NCBI GenBank assembly: GCA_964481125.1
Contig: CAYZSL010000001.1
Span: forward strand, 34,468-98,467
Origin: an uncultured Candidatus Saccharibacteria bacterium
GTDB lineage: Bacteria; Patescibacteriota; Minisyncoccia; Minisyncoccales; RBG-13-42-11
Length of the DNA stretch: 64,000 nucleotides
Direction of reading: 5' to 3'
Within the stretch, counting starts at the first letter, position 1, and each line of letters opens with the position of its first letter. The notes below the pieces were generated by a model. The model saw only the letters and a program-made list of their open reading frames with translations, was not told where the DNA came from and did not search any database. A program made the position numbers and the translations under genes. Below are positions 1 to 9,442 of the stretch, piece after piece.

Positions 1-698
1 ACCTTTTGAAATTTAGCTTTAAAATATTAAAGACTTTCGGATTCAAAAATTATGACATTTATCTTTCCACCAGGCCGGAAAAATATGCGGGAAACTTGAA
101 AGACTGGGAAAAAGCAACCAATGTTTTAAAATATGCTCTTCAGAAATTAAAGCTGAAATGGCAGGTAGACCAAGGAGGAGGAGTGTTTTACGGACCGAAA
201 ATAGATATAAAAATTAAAGATTCTCTGGGCAGGCCTTGGCAATGCACGACAGTCCAGATTGACTTCAATTTGACCGAACGTTTCGATATAGCGTATATCA
301 ACGAAAAAGGAAAGAAGCAAAAACCTTTCATGATTCATCGGGCTATCCTGGGTTCGCTTGAAAGGTTTATCGGAGTTTTGCTTGAACATTATGCTGGCTC
401 TATGCCTTTATGGCTATCCCCTGAACAAATCTGGGTTATTCCTTTGGGAGCAAAACATGAAAAATACGCAAAAATAATTACCGAAACCTTGCGAGCTGCC
501 GGTTTCAGAACACAACTCAAAAACGAAAATGAAACCGTTTCAAAGAAAATCCGCGGAGGAGAAATGCAAAAAATCCCCTATCTTTTGGTAGTCGGCGATA
601 AAGAAATGAAAGCTAAATCAATCAGGGTAAGAGAAAGACAAAAAGGAGATATCGGTGAAATAAAAGTCAATAAATTTATTGAAAAAATTAAAAAATAA
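1..698 (+). CDS. thrS: threonyl-tRNA synthetase, C-terminal portion (5' end outside window)
   Basis: Frame open to window edge; end of class II catalytic core (MIHRAILGSLERFIGVLLEHYAG) followed by anticodon-binding domain (IPYLLVVGDKE), as in ThrRS. Confidence 0.9.
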   Translation, partial: LLKFSFKILKTFGFKNYDIYLSTRPEKYAGNLKDWEKATNVLKYALQKLKLKWQVDQGGGVFYGPKIDIKIKDSLGRPWQCTTVQIDFNLTERFDIAYINEKGKKQKPFMIHRAILGSLERFIGVLLEHYAGSMPLWLSPEQIWVIPLGAKHEKYAKIITETLRAAGFRTQLKNENETVSKKIRGGEMQKIPYLLVVGDKEMKAKSIRVRERQKGDIGEIKVNKFIEKIKK

Positions 699-705
699 TA
701 ACCTT

Positions 706-2298
706 ATGTCGGAATTATCCCAACAAACGCAAAAGCTAATTCAAAAATACCAGACCTGGCAAGATTCTTTACAGCCTAAGCCGGAAATACCAACCATCCA
801 CGTTGACGAAGTTGCTTCAGCTGTCGCTGCTTTCTATGAAAAAATAAGAGGCGTCGTAGACTGGCGGGAAGAACATTTAATGAGAAGAGCAGCCATTGAA
901 AGAATGTTAAAAAGAAGATTGCTTTTGACTAAAGACAGCCAGGAGGTTGCTGAACCTTTAACACTGGAACTGATTAGAAGCGGACATTTCCCCAATGACA
1001 GAATACCGGAAACAGTGATCAGCCAAGTAAAGAAAATAATAGAAAAGTACGTCTTTATCCTGGAAAACGCTCCTCCGGCTCCAGCTGAAAAAATGAAAGC
1101 CCAGCTTTACGACTGGCTTTTATCGATTGCCGCCTGCGAAATAGAAGAAGAGCTTATTCCGCCTCACCGGGAAAGGGCGCTGATTAATTATATGACAGAA
1201 GCAATGACAGAAAAGATACAATTGAACAACGGTATTTCTGAGGAACAAAAAAACATCTATATCCATATCGCCGTCCAAAGAGCTCTTTTCAAGCTGGATA
1301 ATCCGATAATCATCTACAATCTTTTAAAAAGACAGTATCCCCAGTGGCACGATCTGAAAAACGGAGACTCCCCGCTTCCGGAAATATCCCAAAACATTTA
1401 TTCAAACTGGAAAACTTTTGAAAAATATCTAAAACAACGCCTTTCGGAAAAATTCTATAAAGTTTGCGAAAGATACGATACTGCTTATTTGGTTTTGGGA
1501 GACGTAATTTCCGAAGAGCCGATGACCGCCCAGGAAAAGCTGTCTATGCCAGAAGAGATGGAAAACAAAATATCAGCTGCTTACGAAAAAAGGTTAAAAA
1601 CCCTGAAAAAGAGAATCAACCGGGCAGCTATTTACGCCACTATTTCCATATTCGTCACCAAAATACTTTTGGCCTTGGCGATCGAGGTGCCTTTTGACAG
1701 ATATGTAACCGGACAATTCAGCTACCAGGCATTGGCTTTCAATATTCTGATCCCCGCCCTTTTAATGCTATTTCTAATCTCGACCATCAGGCCTCCTAAA
1801 AAGGAAAATCTGCAGCAGGTTATTATGGAAGTGATAAAAATAGCCTATGTCACAGAGAGCAAAGATGTATACACGATAAAAATCCTAAGAAAAAGAGGCT
1901 GGTTGATGAATGCCTTTATCACCAGTTTTTATTCTTTCGGTTTTCTGGCCTCTTTCGGATTAATAATCTTGGGCTTGTACAAATTGGACTTTGGCATACT
2001 TTCCATGATAATCTTCCTTGTCTTCATTTCCTTGATTTCTTTTGCCGGAACAAAACTCAGGGAAAGGTCACGCGAACTGGAAATAATGGAAAGAAAAGAA
2101 TCATTCCTAATGTTTATCATTGATCTTTTCTCTCTGCCGATCATCCGCATGGGCAAATGGCTTTCAGGCCAATGGGCAAAATACAACGTAATTGTCGTCT
2201 TTTTCAACTTTCTCATCGACATGCCACTGCAAACCTTTATTGAATTCCTGGAAAAATGGCGCGAATTCCTTAAAGAAAAGAAGGAAGAAATACACTAA
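706..2298 (+). CDS. hypothetical membrane protein (soluble ~330-aa N-terminal part, 4-6 C-terminal TM helices)
   Basis: ATG at 706 just after thrS stop (track ORF 679..2298); hydrophobic helices from AIYATISIFVTKILLALAI onward; no family recognised. Confidence 0.7.
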   Translation: MSELSQQTQKLIQKYQTWQDSLQPKPEIPTIHVDEVASAVAAFYEKIRGVVDWREEHLMRRAAIERMLKRRLLLTKDSQEVAEPLTLELIRSGHFPNDRIPETVISQVKKIIEKYVFILENAPPAPAEKMKAQLYDWLLSIAACEIEEELIPPHRERALINYMTEAMTEKIQLNNGISEEQKNIYIHIAVQRALFKLDNPIIIYNLLKRQYPQWHDLKNGDSPLPEISQNIYSNWKTFEKYLKQRLSEKFYKVCERYDTAYLVLGDVISEEPMTAQEKLSMPEEMENKISAAYEKRLKTLKKRINRAAIYATISIFVTKILLALAIEVPFDRYVTGQFSYQALAFNILIPALLMLFLISTIRPPKKENLQQVIMEVIKIAYVTESKDVYTIKILRKRGWLMNAFITSFYSFGFLASFGLIILGLYKLDFGILSMIIFLVFISLISFAGTKLRERSRELEIMERKESFLMFIIDLFSLPIIRMGKWLSGQWAKYNVIVVFFNFLIDMPLQTFIEFLEKWREFLKEKKEEIH

Positions 2299-2321
2299 TT
2301 AAGAATTACAAATATGGAAAG

Positions 2322-2343
2322 CGGCCTTGAGAAGGCCGTTTTG
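2322..2343 (+). terminator. intrinsic terminator after the membrane-protein gene
   Basis: cggcctt-gag-aaggccg hairpin (2322-2338) followed by tttt. Confidence 0.6.
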
Positions 2344-2362
2344 CTATTATAGAATAAAAGAT

Positions 2363-3382
2363 ATGCTAAAGTACCAAATCATCACTTTCGGCTGCCAGAT
2401 GAATAAAGCGGATTCAGAAAGAATTGCCACGACATTAGAAAAGAAGGGCTATAAACCGACAAAAGACTTTAAAAAAGCCAATCTGGTTTTGATTAACATG
2501 TGCTCTGTCAGACAGTCGGCAGTCGATAGGGTCTACGGTAAAATCAACAATTTAAAAAAGATTAAAGCAAAAAATCCAAAACTTAAAACTATTCTTACTG
2601 GCTGTATTCTTAAAAAAGACAGAAGAAAGTTTGAAAAGTTTTTCGATGAAATTTGGAGCAACAAAAACCATTTCAAAGAAAAAGCCAAATGCCAAAACAA
2701 GTCCTTGGCTTTCGTGCCGATTTCCAACGGCTGCAATAATGCCTGTACTTACTGCGTTGTCCCATATACCAGAGGCGCTTTAAACTGCCGAAGCCATAAA
2801 GAAATACTGAAAGAAGTTAAAAGTTTTATTAAAAAAGGATTTAAAGAAATCTGGCTTTTGGGGCAGAACGTCAACGATTATCATTCGCCGATAAATAAAT
2901 CAATCAACTTTGCCAAACTTTTAAAGTTAATTAACGACATCCCAGAAAAATTCAGGATTCTCTTCACATCTCCCCATCCCAAGAACTTTTCCGACGAATT
3001 GATTGAGTCTTTAGATAACTGCCAGAAATTCGGCAATTACCTTAACATACCCATCCAATCGGGAAATGACCAGATATTAAAAAAAATGAACCGTAATTAC
3101 ACGGCCAAAGAATATAGAAAGCTAATAGAAAAAATAAAGAAAAAGATACCGGAAATAAAGTTATCTACCGATATTATCGTCGGCTTCCCCGGAGAAACCA
3201 AAAAACAGTTCCAAGACACGGTAAAACTGTTTAAAAAGATTAAATTTAATTGGGCCTATATTTCAAAATACTCTCCCCGTCCAGGCACCGCTGCCTTTAA
3301 ATTAAAAGATGGCATTCCTCTGCCAGAAAGAAAGAAAAGAGAAAATATTTTAAGAGAAATTTTAAAAAAGCATGGAAAATAA
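2363..3382 (+). CDS. miaB: MiaB-family radical-SAM methylthiotransferase, apparently without C-terminal TRAM domain
   Basis: N-terminal MTTase domain (YQIITFGCQMNKADSE, INMCSVRQSA), radical SAM CNNACTYC; ends ~340 aa; stop overlaps miaA start. Confidence 0.85.
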   Translation: MLKYQIITFGCQMNKADSERIATTLEKKGYKPTKDFKKANLVLINMCSVRQSAVDRVYGKINNLKKIKAKNPKLKTILTGCILKKDRRKFEKFFDEIWSNKNHFKEKAKCQNKSLAFVPISNGCNNACTYCVVPYTRGALNCRSHKEILKEVKSFIKKGFKEIWLLGQNVNDYHSPINKSINFAKLLKLINDIPEKFRILFTSPHPKNFSDELIESLDNCQKFGNYLNIPIQSGNDQILKKMNRNYTAKEYRKLIEKIKKKIPEIKLSTDIIVGFPGETKKQFQDTVKLFKKIKFNWAYISKYSPRPGTAAFKLKDGIPLPERKKRENILREILKKHGK

Positions 3383-4256
3383 ACTAATCGTCATATTAGG
3401 ACCGACAGCTACCGGCAAATCGGATTTGGCCGTTAAAATAGCTAAAAAAATTAAAGCTGAGGTCATATCTGCTGACTCCAGACAGGTCTACAAAGGAATG
3501 GATATTGGCAGCGGCAAGATAACTAAAAAAGAAATGAAAGGTATTTCTCACCACCTGCTAAACGTTGCTTCACCCAAAAAAAGATTCACGGTCAGCCAAT
3601 ATCAAATATTAGCAAAAAAAGCAATAAACAAAGTTTTGAAGAAGGGAAAAATCCCAATTTTATGCGGTGGAAGCGGCTTTTACATCCAAACGGTAATTGA
3701 TGGCATAGCTATCCCAGAAGTAAAACCAGATTATACTTTGAGAATGAAACTTGAAAAGTTTATAACCGAAAAACTATTCTCAAAATTAAAAAAACTGGAT
3801 ATAGAAAGAGCGAAAAACATCGATAAAAACAACAGAAGAAGGCTGATTAGAGCTTTGGAAATAGCCATTAAAACAAAAAAGCCAATTCCCTCTTTAAAGA
3901 AAAATCCTCTATCCTATCCCATTTTGATTATCGGCATTCAAAAAGAAAAAGAAGAATTAAAGAAACTAATAAAGAAAAGGCTTTTAAAAAGATTAAAACA
4001 AGGAATGCTTAAAGAAGTAAAAAAACTCCATAAATCAGGAATTTCTTGGCAAAGACTGGAAGAATTCGGTCTGGAATACCGTTTTATCTCGCGATACCTT
4101 CAAAAAAAGATAAGCTACAAAGAAATGAAAGAGCTTATCCAAAAAGAAAGCGAACAATTCGTTAAACGACAAATGACCTGGTTTAAAAAAGACGAGCGCA
4201 TCAACTGGATAAAAAACTATTCGGAAACTGAGAAATTGATTAAAAGATTCTTATAA
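3372..4256 (+). CDS. miaA: tRNA dimethylallyltransferase
   Basis: P-loop ILGPTATGKSDLA, ISADSRQVYKGMDIGSGK, RQMTWFKK typical of MiaA. Confidence 0.92.
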   Translation: MENKLIVILGPTATGKSDLAVKIAKKIKAEVISADSRQVYKGMDIGSGKITKKEMKGISHHLLNVASPKKRFTVSQYQILAKKAINKVLKKGKIPILCGGSGFYIQTVIDGIAIPEVKPDYTLRMKLEKFITEKLFSKLKKLDIERAKNIDKNNRRRLIRALEIAIKTKKPIPSLKKNPLSYPILIIGIQKEKEELKKLIKKRLLKRLKQGMLKEVKKLHKSGISWQRLEEFGLEYRFISRYLQKKISYKEMKELIQKESEQFVKRQMTWFKKDERINWIKNYSETEKLIKRFL

Positions 4257-4319
4257 AAAAACAGAGGGGAGAAAAACGTTGTCTAAAAAAGACCCTGTCT
4301 TCTTCCCTCTTATTTTGCC

Positions 4320-4502
4320 TTACCACTTAAGGCATTCTTCTATCGGCTTAAAAGGAACTGTTTTACCGGAAGGAAGTCGTATCGTGCCAGCCAGCACAGG
4401 TTTCTCCTTTTTTGCAAAGTGAGGCCCATCTTCATTAAAAACAACTCCTAATTTTTCAAGGAGCCGTTGTTCTTCCGGATTCAGGCTCTTATTGATACGC
4501 AT
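4320..4502 (-). CDS. small hypothetical protein (60 aa) with very strong RBS
   Basis: ATG at 4502 preceded by AAGGAGGTGAT (4517-4507), a full anti-SD complement, 8 nt spacing; sequence MRINKSLNPEEQRLLEKLG...; no family recognised. Confidence 0.6.
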   Translation of the reverse strand: MRINKSLNPEEQRLLEKLGVVFNEDGPHFAKKEKPVLAGTIRLPSGKTVPFKPIEECLKW

Positions 4503-4527
4503 TTGTATCACCTCCTTAATAAAGATA

Positions 4528-6069
4528 TTATACTACTTTTCTTGTTTTTGTCAATATCTCTTTCAGAAGCTTATTCGCTGTTTGAGGGCTGACTTCTCCT
4601 TTTGATTTTGTCATCACTTGACCGACTAAAAACTGAAAACCTCCTTCTTTTCCTTTTTGATAATCATCAACTACTTTTTGGTTTTCAGCAATCACTTCTT
4701 GAATAATCTTTTTAATTTCATCTTCATTGCTAATTTGAGTTAACCCTTTTTCTTTCATAATACTTGAGGAAGCAGCGCCAGTTTCGTACATTGCTTTTAA
4801 AATCACTTTCCCTTGTGGGCCGGTAGGTCCAGTAGGTCCAGAAGAATATTGAGAATCGATGGTCCTAGATTCTTGAATCTTGGTAAGATAAGGATAGATT
4901 AGAATAATATATTCGGCATAATCTTCGGGGGTAATTAAAAAATTATTTGTCGTGATAGAAGTACCTTTTAATAATCCCTTTAAATCAGTAATTATACTAT
5001 CTGCTGTATGTTTAATTAATTTTAAAATATTTTCTTTAGGTAGATTTAAAGGTAATTTAGAAATAAGATTAGTAATAACTTTCTCAAAATATTCTCCTAA
5101 ATTTTTATTATAAACAAAAAATTCAATTTTCTCTTTATCTAAATTATATTCTTTAACTAACCTCTCCCTTCTTTGCTGAGGAAGTTCGGAAACTTCAGAA
5201 CGAATATTCTCTATTTCTTTCTTAGTAAAATGCAAGGGCGGTAAATCAGGCTCTGGAAAATATCGATAATCATGAGCTTCCTCTTTCTGCCTTTGGCTAA
5301 AGGTTACTTCTTTAATATCGTCCCATCCCCTAGTTTCTTGGATGATCTTTTCTCCTTTATCCAATAAATCAATCTGCCTCTTAATTTCATAATCAATTGA
5401 GTGTTCTACTGACCTGAAAGAATTGAGGTTTTTAATCTCAACCTTAGTACCCATTTCTTTACCCTTAGCAACAGAAATATTCACTTCCACCCTCATCTGT
5501 CCCTTTTCCATATCAGCATCAGAAATATCCAAATAATGCTTCATGATCAAATAAAGCTCTTGGGCAAATTCCTTTGCTTCTTTAGCTGAAGAAATATCAG
5601 GTTCTGTCACTAATTCCATTAAAGGAATGCCGGCTCTATTAAAATCAACTAAAGAATAATCAGCTCCTTCAGGATGTAAAAGCTTGCCCGTATCTTCTTC
5701 CAAATGAACCCTAGTAATTCTTATCTTTTTTCGTTTTCCGTCTTCGGCTATTTCAAGATAACCGCCAACACACAAGGGCTTATCATACTGCGATATCTGA
5801 TAACCCTTGGGCAAATCAGGATAAAAATAGCTTTTCCTATCAAACTTGGAGTATTCCGGAATTGAAGCATTCAAAGCTAATCCTGTTTTAATCACCTTTT
5901 TTATAGCTTCCTCGTTAATGACCGGCAAAGTACCAGGATGACCCATACAAACAGGACAAACATTAACATTGGGCTGTTTTTCATCTGGGTCATTTAAACA
6001 ACCACAAAACATCTTAGTTTTGGTTTTTAATTCAATGTGTATTTCAAGACCGATTGTCGGCTTATACAT
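4528..6069 (-). CDS. gatB: Asp/Glu-tRNA amidotransferase subunit B
   Basis: MYKPTIGLEIHIEL, CGC...CPVCMGHPGTLP, C-terminal YqeY-like tail FLVGQVMTKSKG; start set to ATG 6069 so it abuts upstream stop at 6074. Confidence 0.92.
   Translation of the reverse strand: MYKPTIGLEIHIELKTKTKMFCGCLNDPDEKQPNVNVCPVCMGHPGTLPVINEEAIKKVIKTGLALNASIPEYSKFDRKSYFYPDLPKGYQISQYDKPLCVGGYLEIAEDGKRKKIRITRVHLEEDTGKLLHPEGADYSLVDFNRAGIPLMELVTEPDISSAKEAKEFAQELYLIMKHYLDISDADMEKGQMRVEVNISVAKGKEMGTKVEIKNLNSFRSVEHSIDYEIKRQIDLLDKGEKIIQETRGWDDIKEVTFSQRQKEEAHDYRYFPEPDLPPLHFTKKEIENIRSEVSELPQQRRERLVKEYNLDKEKIEFFVYNKNLGEYFEKVITNLISKLPLNLPKENILKLIKHTADSIITDLKGLLKGTSITTNNFLITPEDYAEYIILIYPYLTKIQESRTIDSQYSSGPTGPTGPQGKVILKAMYETGAASSSIMKEKGLTQISNEDEIKKIIQEVIAENQKVVDDYQKGKEGGFQFLVGQVMTKSKGEVSPQTANKLLKEILTKTRKVV
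4823..4840 (-). repeat. perfect 9-bp tandem duplication inside gatB (encodes GPT-GPT)
   Basis: gtaggtcca gtaggtcca read directly at 4823-4831 and 4832-4840. Confidence 0.9.
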
Positions 6070-6073
6070 AGAT

Positions 6074-6772
6074 TTACTCAGTTTTTCTCCAATCTTCTTT
6101 AGCTGAAATATCTTTTCCTTTTTCTTCATTAACTATTTCCACTCCGGAACTAGTGCCGATAATATCAGCTCCAGCTTTAATCATCATTTCCAAATCAGCA
6201 AGAGTCCTAATAGAGCCTGCTGCTTTAACCAGTATGCCGGGAGCTGACTTCCTCATTATCCTGACGTGTTTTGCTTTTTCAGCTAGTTCTGAATGATCTA
6301 AAGGATCTTCAACCGTGGCTGTCTTAACACAAATTGCCCTAGCTTCCTTAACAATCTCTGAAGCTTTTTTAATTTCCTCGTCAGTCAAATAGCCAGAGCC
6401 GATTATCACTTTTGTCGGCAAAACAGCACAAATCTCTTTCAGATCAGACAGAACCTCGTCATATTTACCGTTCTTAAAATCATCTATCTTCATTACCACG
6501 TCAACCTCATCTGACCAATCTTCTTTAGCTCTCAAAGCCTTTTTCATCCTAATTTCATGAGAGCTGGCTCCTGTTGGCTCATCAATCAAAGTGGTAACCT
6601 TAACATCGCTGTTTAACAATGATTCTTTGGCTAATTTAGTATGTTCTGGATAAACACAAAATCCCCGGAAACCGTATTCCTTTGTTTCCTGGCAAACTTT
6701 CTTAATCTCTTGTTCTAAAGCTCCTTTTTTAAGAAATGTCTGGTCTATTAATTTAGCTGTGTTTGGCTGCAT
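6074..6772 (-). CDS. class I aldolase, deoxyribose-phosphate aldolase (DeoC)-like
   Basis: DeoC-like pattern: IDQTFLK, EYGFRGFCV, DVVMKI, lysines in CVKTATV and VKAAGSIRT, IIGTSSG. Confidence 0.7.
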   Translation of the reverse strand: MQPNTAKLIDQTFLKKGALEQEIKKVCQETKEYGFRGFCVYPEHTKLAKESLLNSDVKVTTLIDEPTGASSHEIRMKKALRAKEDWSDEVDVVMKIDDFKNGKYDEVLSDLKEICAVLPTKVIIGSGYLTDEEIKKASEIVKEARAICVKTATVEDPLDHSELAEKAKHVRIMRKSAPGILVKAAGSIRTLADLEMMIKAGADIIGTSSGVEIVNEEKGKDISAKEDWRKTE

Positions 6773-7547
6773 AATAAACGTTTTTTAATAATAAAGCGAC
6801 TGTTAATGGGCCCAAGCCTCCTGGCACTGGCGTTAAAAAACTAGCTTTGCCAGCTACGCTTTTTCTGTCCACATCCCCTACTACTTTTTTATTCTTTAAA
6901 ACAACAATGCCCCCGTCAATCAAAACAGCACCTTTTTTAATCATATCCCCTTTTATATAATTAGGAAATCCACAAGCTGAAATAACAATATCAGCTGATT
7001 TAATCTCAAGGCTTTTCCTGTCTTTAAGATAACTAATTTTAATTCTCTCTTTTATAAGAGAAGATTTTAGAACATTGCCGAAAAAATCAGAATTAACCAA
7101 AGCAATAATCTTTTTACCTTTAAGGTTTTTGGATGAATCTTTTAAAGCGACAAAAATGGCTGAAATCAAAGGAGAAGAAAAATGTGTTTTCTTCTGGAAA
7201 CCGTCAACGTCTTTGTGAAAATCTATCTTTTCTGTAATTTTCCTTGCTTTTAATTTAGAGGGTAAAGGCAATTGGACAATGATTCCTGCAACGTTTTCGT
7301 CTTTATTCAATACTTCAATCTGCCGCACAATCTCTTTTTCCTTAACTTTGCTGTTAAATTTAGAATAGAGAATTCCAATGCCCACTTCTTCTGCCGCCCT
7401 TTTTTTGTTCCTAATAAAAAGCTCTGAAGCAGGATCTTTTCCGACTGAAATTACCGCCAGCTTTAATTTCATTCTTTCTTTCCTGATTCTTTTTTTCAAA
7501 TCCGACAAGATTTTATCCGCTTTCTTTTTACCATCGAAAATCTTCAT
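6753..7547 (-). CDS. folD: bifunctional methylenetetrahydrofolate dehydrogenase/cyclohydrolase
   Basis: MKIFDGKKKA start, GIIVQLPLP, TPVPGGLGPLTVALLLKN. Confidence 0.9.
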   Translation of the reverse strand: MKIFDGKKKADKILSDLKKRIRKERMKLKLAVISVGKDPASELFIRNKKRAAEEVGIGILYSKFNSKVKEKEIVRQIEVLNKDENVAGIIVQLPLPSKLKARKITEKIDFHKDVDGFQKKTHFSSPLISAIFVALKDSSKNLKGKKIIALVNSDFFGNVLKSSLIKERIKISYLKDRKSLEIKSADIVISACGFPNYIKGDMIKKGAVLIDGGIVVLKNKKVVGDVDRKSVAGKASFLTPVPGGLGPLTVALLLKNVYYAAKHS

Positions 7548-8802
7548 AAATGGGAAACTTTTTGATTATTCTTTCCACCTCGCTCTTAATCAAATTTTTA
7601 ATTTTCCGGCTATCAATATTTTTAATAAGCTTGACGATAAGGCGAGCAATCTCCCTTGATTCTTTCTCTGTTAGTCCCCTGGTGGTGATTGCCGGTGTTC
7701 CCAACCTAATACCCGAAGGAAAATAAGGAGGTTTTTTATCAAAAGGAATGGCGCTTCTGTTAACGTAAATGCCAACCTTATCTAATTCGTCCTGAATTTC
7801 CTTCGAGCCAACGCTAAAAGGAGAAACGTCTATTACCATCAAATGATTATCTGTTCCCCCGCTGATTACCCTAATTCCCTGCTTCTGGAATTCATCAGCC
7901 ATGGCTTTGGCATTCAGAATAATCTGTTTTTGGTACTTCTTAAAAGAAGGCTTCATTGCCTCCAAAAAGCAAACAGCTTTAGCAGCAATAACATGTTCCA
8001 TCGGCCCACCCTGGATACCAGGAAAAACAGCTTTATCGATTTTTTGCGCTAAATTTAATTTGCTCTTAAGATTAAATCTGTCTTTAATTTTGCAAAGAAT
8101 CAGTCCTCCGCGAGGGCCCCTAAGAGTTTTATGAGTAGTCGTTGTCACGATATCGCACCAAGGGAAAGGATCAGGATGAAAACCGGCAATAACCAAGCCA
8201 GCAATATGAGCAATATCAGCCATTAAGTATGCTTTGACCTTGTCAGCAATCTTCCTGAATGCCTTAAAATCAAGAGTTCTTGAATATGAGGTTGTGCTGA
8301 CAATGATTAATTTCGGCTTGAACTTTAAAGCTATTTTTTCCACTTCTTTCAAATCAATCTTTTCCGTTTCCCGATTAACCCCGTAATGGGAAAAATTATA
8401 CAATTTTCCAGAAAAATTAACCGGCGAGCCGTGCGTCAAGTGGCCTCCGGCCGATAAATCAATACCCAATATTCTGTCTCCATGATTCAACAGAGCTAGA
8501 TAAACAGCTGAGTTTGCTTGAGAACCGGAATGAGGCTGGACATTGGCATGTTCTGCCCCAAACAACTTCTTAGCCCTTTCTATGGCTGTCTGTTCAACCT
8601 CATCAATGAATTCATTGCCGCTGTAATACCTTTTATATGGATAACCCTCAGAATATTTATTGCTCAAAGGCGTACCCATGACAGACAAGACCTCAGGACT
8701 GGCGTAATTTTCCGAGGGAATCAAAACAAGACCCTGTTTCTGGCGCAAAATCTCCTTTTCAACCAAGTTATATATTTTAGAATCTGATTTTGAGAGTTTC
8801 AT
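7528..8802 (-). CDS. glyA: serine hydroxymethyltransferase
   Basis: LIPSENYASPEV, SEGYPYKRYY, PLP-lysine motif TTTTHKTLRGPRGG. Confidence 0.95.
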   Translation of the reverse strand: MKLSKSDSKIYNLVEKEILRQKQGLVLIPSENYASPEVLSVMGTPLSNKYSEGYPYKRYYSGNEFIDEVEQTAIERAKKLFGAEHANVQPHSGSQANSAVYLALLNHGDRILGIDLSAGGHLTHGSPVNFSGKLYNFSHYGVNRETEKIDLKEVEKIALKFKPKLIIVSTTSYSRTLDFKAFRKIADKVKAYLMADIAHIAGLVIAGFHPDPFPWCDIVTTTTHKTLRGPRGGLILCKIKDRFNLKSKLNLAQKIDKAVFPGIQGGPMEHVIAAKAVCFLEAMKPSFKKYQKQIILNAKAMADEFQKQGIRVISGGTDNHLMVIDVSPFSVGSKEIQDELDKVGIYVNRSAIPFDKKPPYFPSGIRLGTPAITTRGLTEKESREIARLIVKLIKNIDSRKIKNLIKSEVERIIKKFPIYEDFRW

Positions 8803-8806
8803 ATTT

Positions 8807-9442
8807 CTATTTTCTAAAATTCCATTCCTGAAAAAACCTTTTGATAAACGACTTCATGTATTCTTTTCTTTCTTCCGCCATCTTTTTACCCTTTTTGGTG
8901 AAAAATTTCTTTTTTATGTCCCAATCTAAAATAGTATGCATAGCGCTGTAGTTTCCGCCATGAGATAGCCCAGGTTTCCGAGGGATATTGGGATTCCAGA
9001 TTTTTTTACCGACACCTCCAGAATATGTAAACTGTCTTGCTAGGCCTAATGCTCCTACACCCTCTATTTTGTCAGCATCATGGAAAATAAGGACTTCTGT
9101 CGGCAACTTCTTCGAAGAAAGATTCCTCTTTTCATGTAATTCAATAATTTTTTTTATTAAGTTAAACTTTTCCTTTGGAACCCTTGCTTTCTTTAATAAT
9201 GAATTTGCTAGACCCGCAGACAAATGACCATGAAGACCTTTCCTGTTTTTTAATTTTAGTTGTCCTATATCATGAAGCCAGCTGGCGGCAAAAAGTGCTT
9301 CCAAATCGACTTCTCGGTAGTTCTTGGTAAATATCAAACAATATTTAAAAACTCTCTCAGAGTGATCCGAGCCATGGGCTGGATCAAGGTTTTTCAATAA
9401 TGGACTGACGATTTTAATTAATTTTTTCTGCCAGGCTTTCAT
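8807..9442 (-). CDS. HD-domain phosphohydrolase
   Basis: HGSDHSERV ... WLHDIG ... FHDADK metal-binding H/HD pattern. Confidence 0.75.
   Translation of the reverse strand: MKAWQKKLIKIVSPLLKNLDPAHGSDHSERVFKYCLIFTKNYREVDLEALFAASWLHDIGQLKLKNRKGLHGHLSAGLANSLLKKARVPKEKFNLIKKIIELHEKRNLSSKKLPTEVLIFHDADKIEGVGALGLARQFTYSGGVGKKIWNPNIPRKPGLSHGGNYSAMHTILDWDIKKKFFTKKGKKMAEERKEYMKSFIKRFFQEWNFRK

Noticed and set aside
4811-4840. GPTGPTGPQG in GatB as a collagen-like domain
   Set aside because: There are only three G-x-y triplets, produced by a 9-bp duplication. That is too short to be a structural collagen repeat, so it is reported only as an insertion/duplication.
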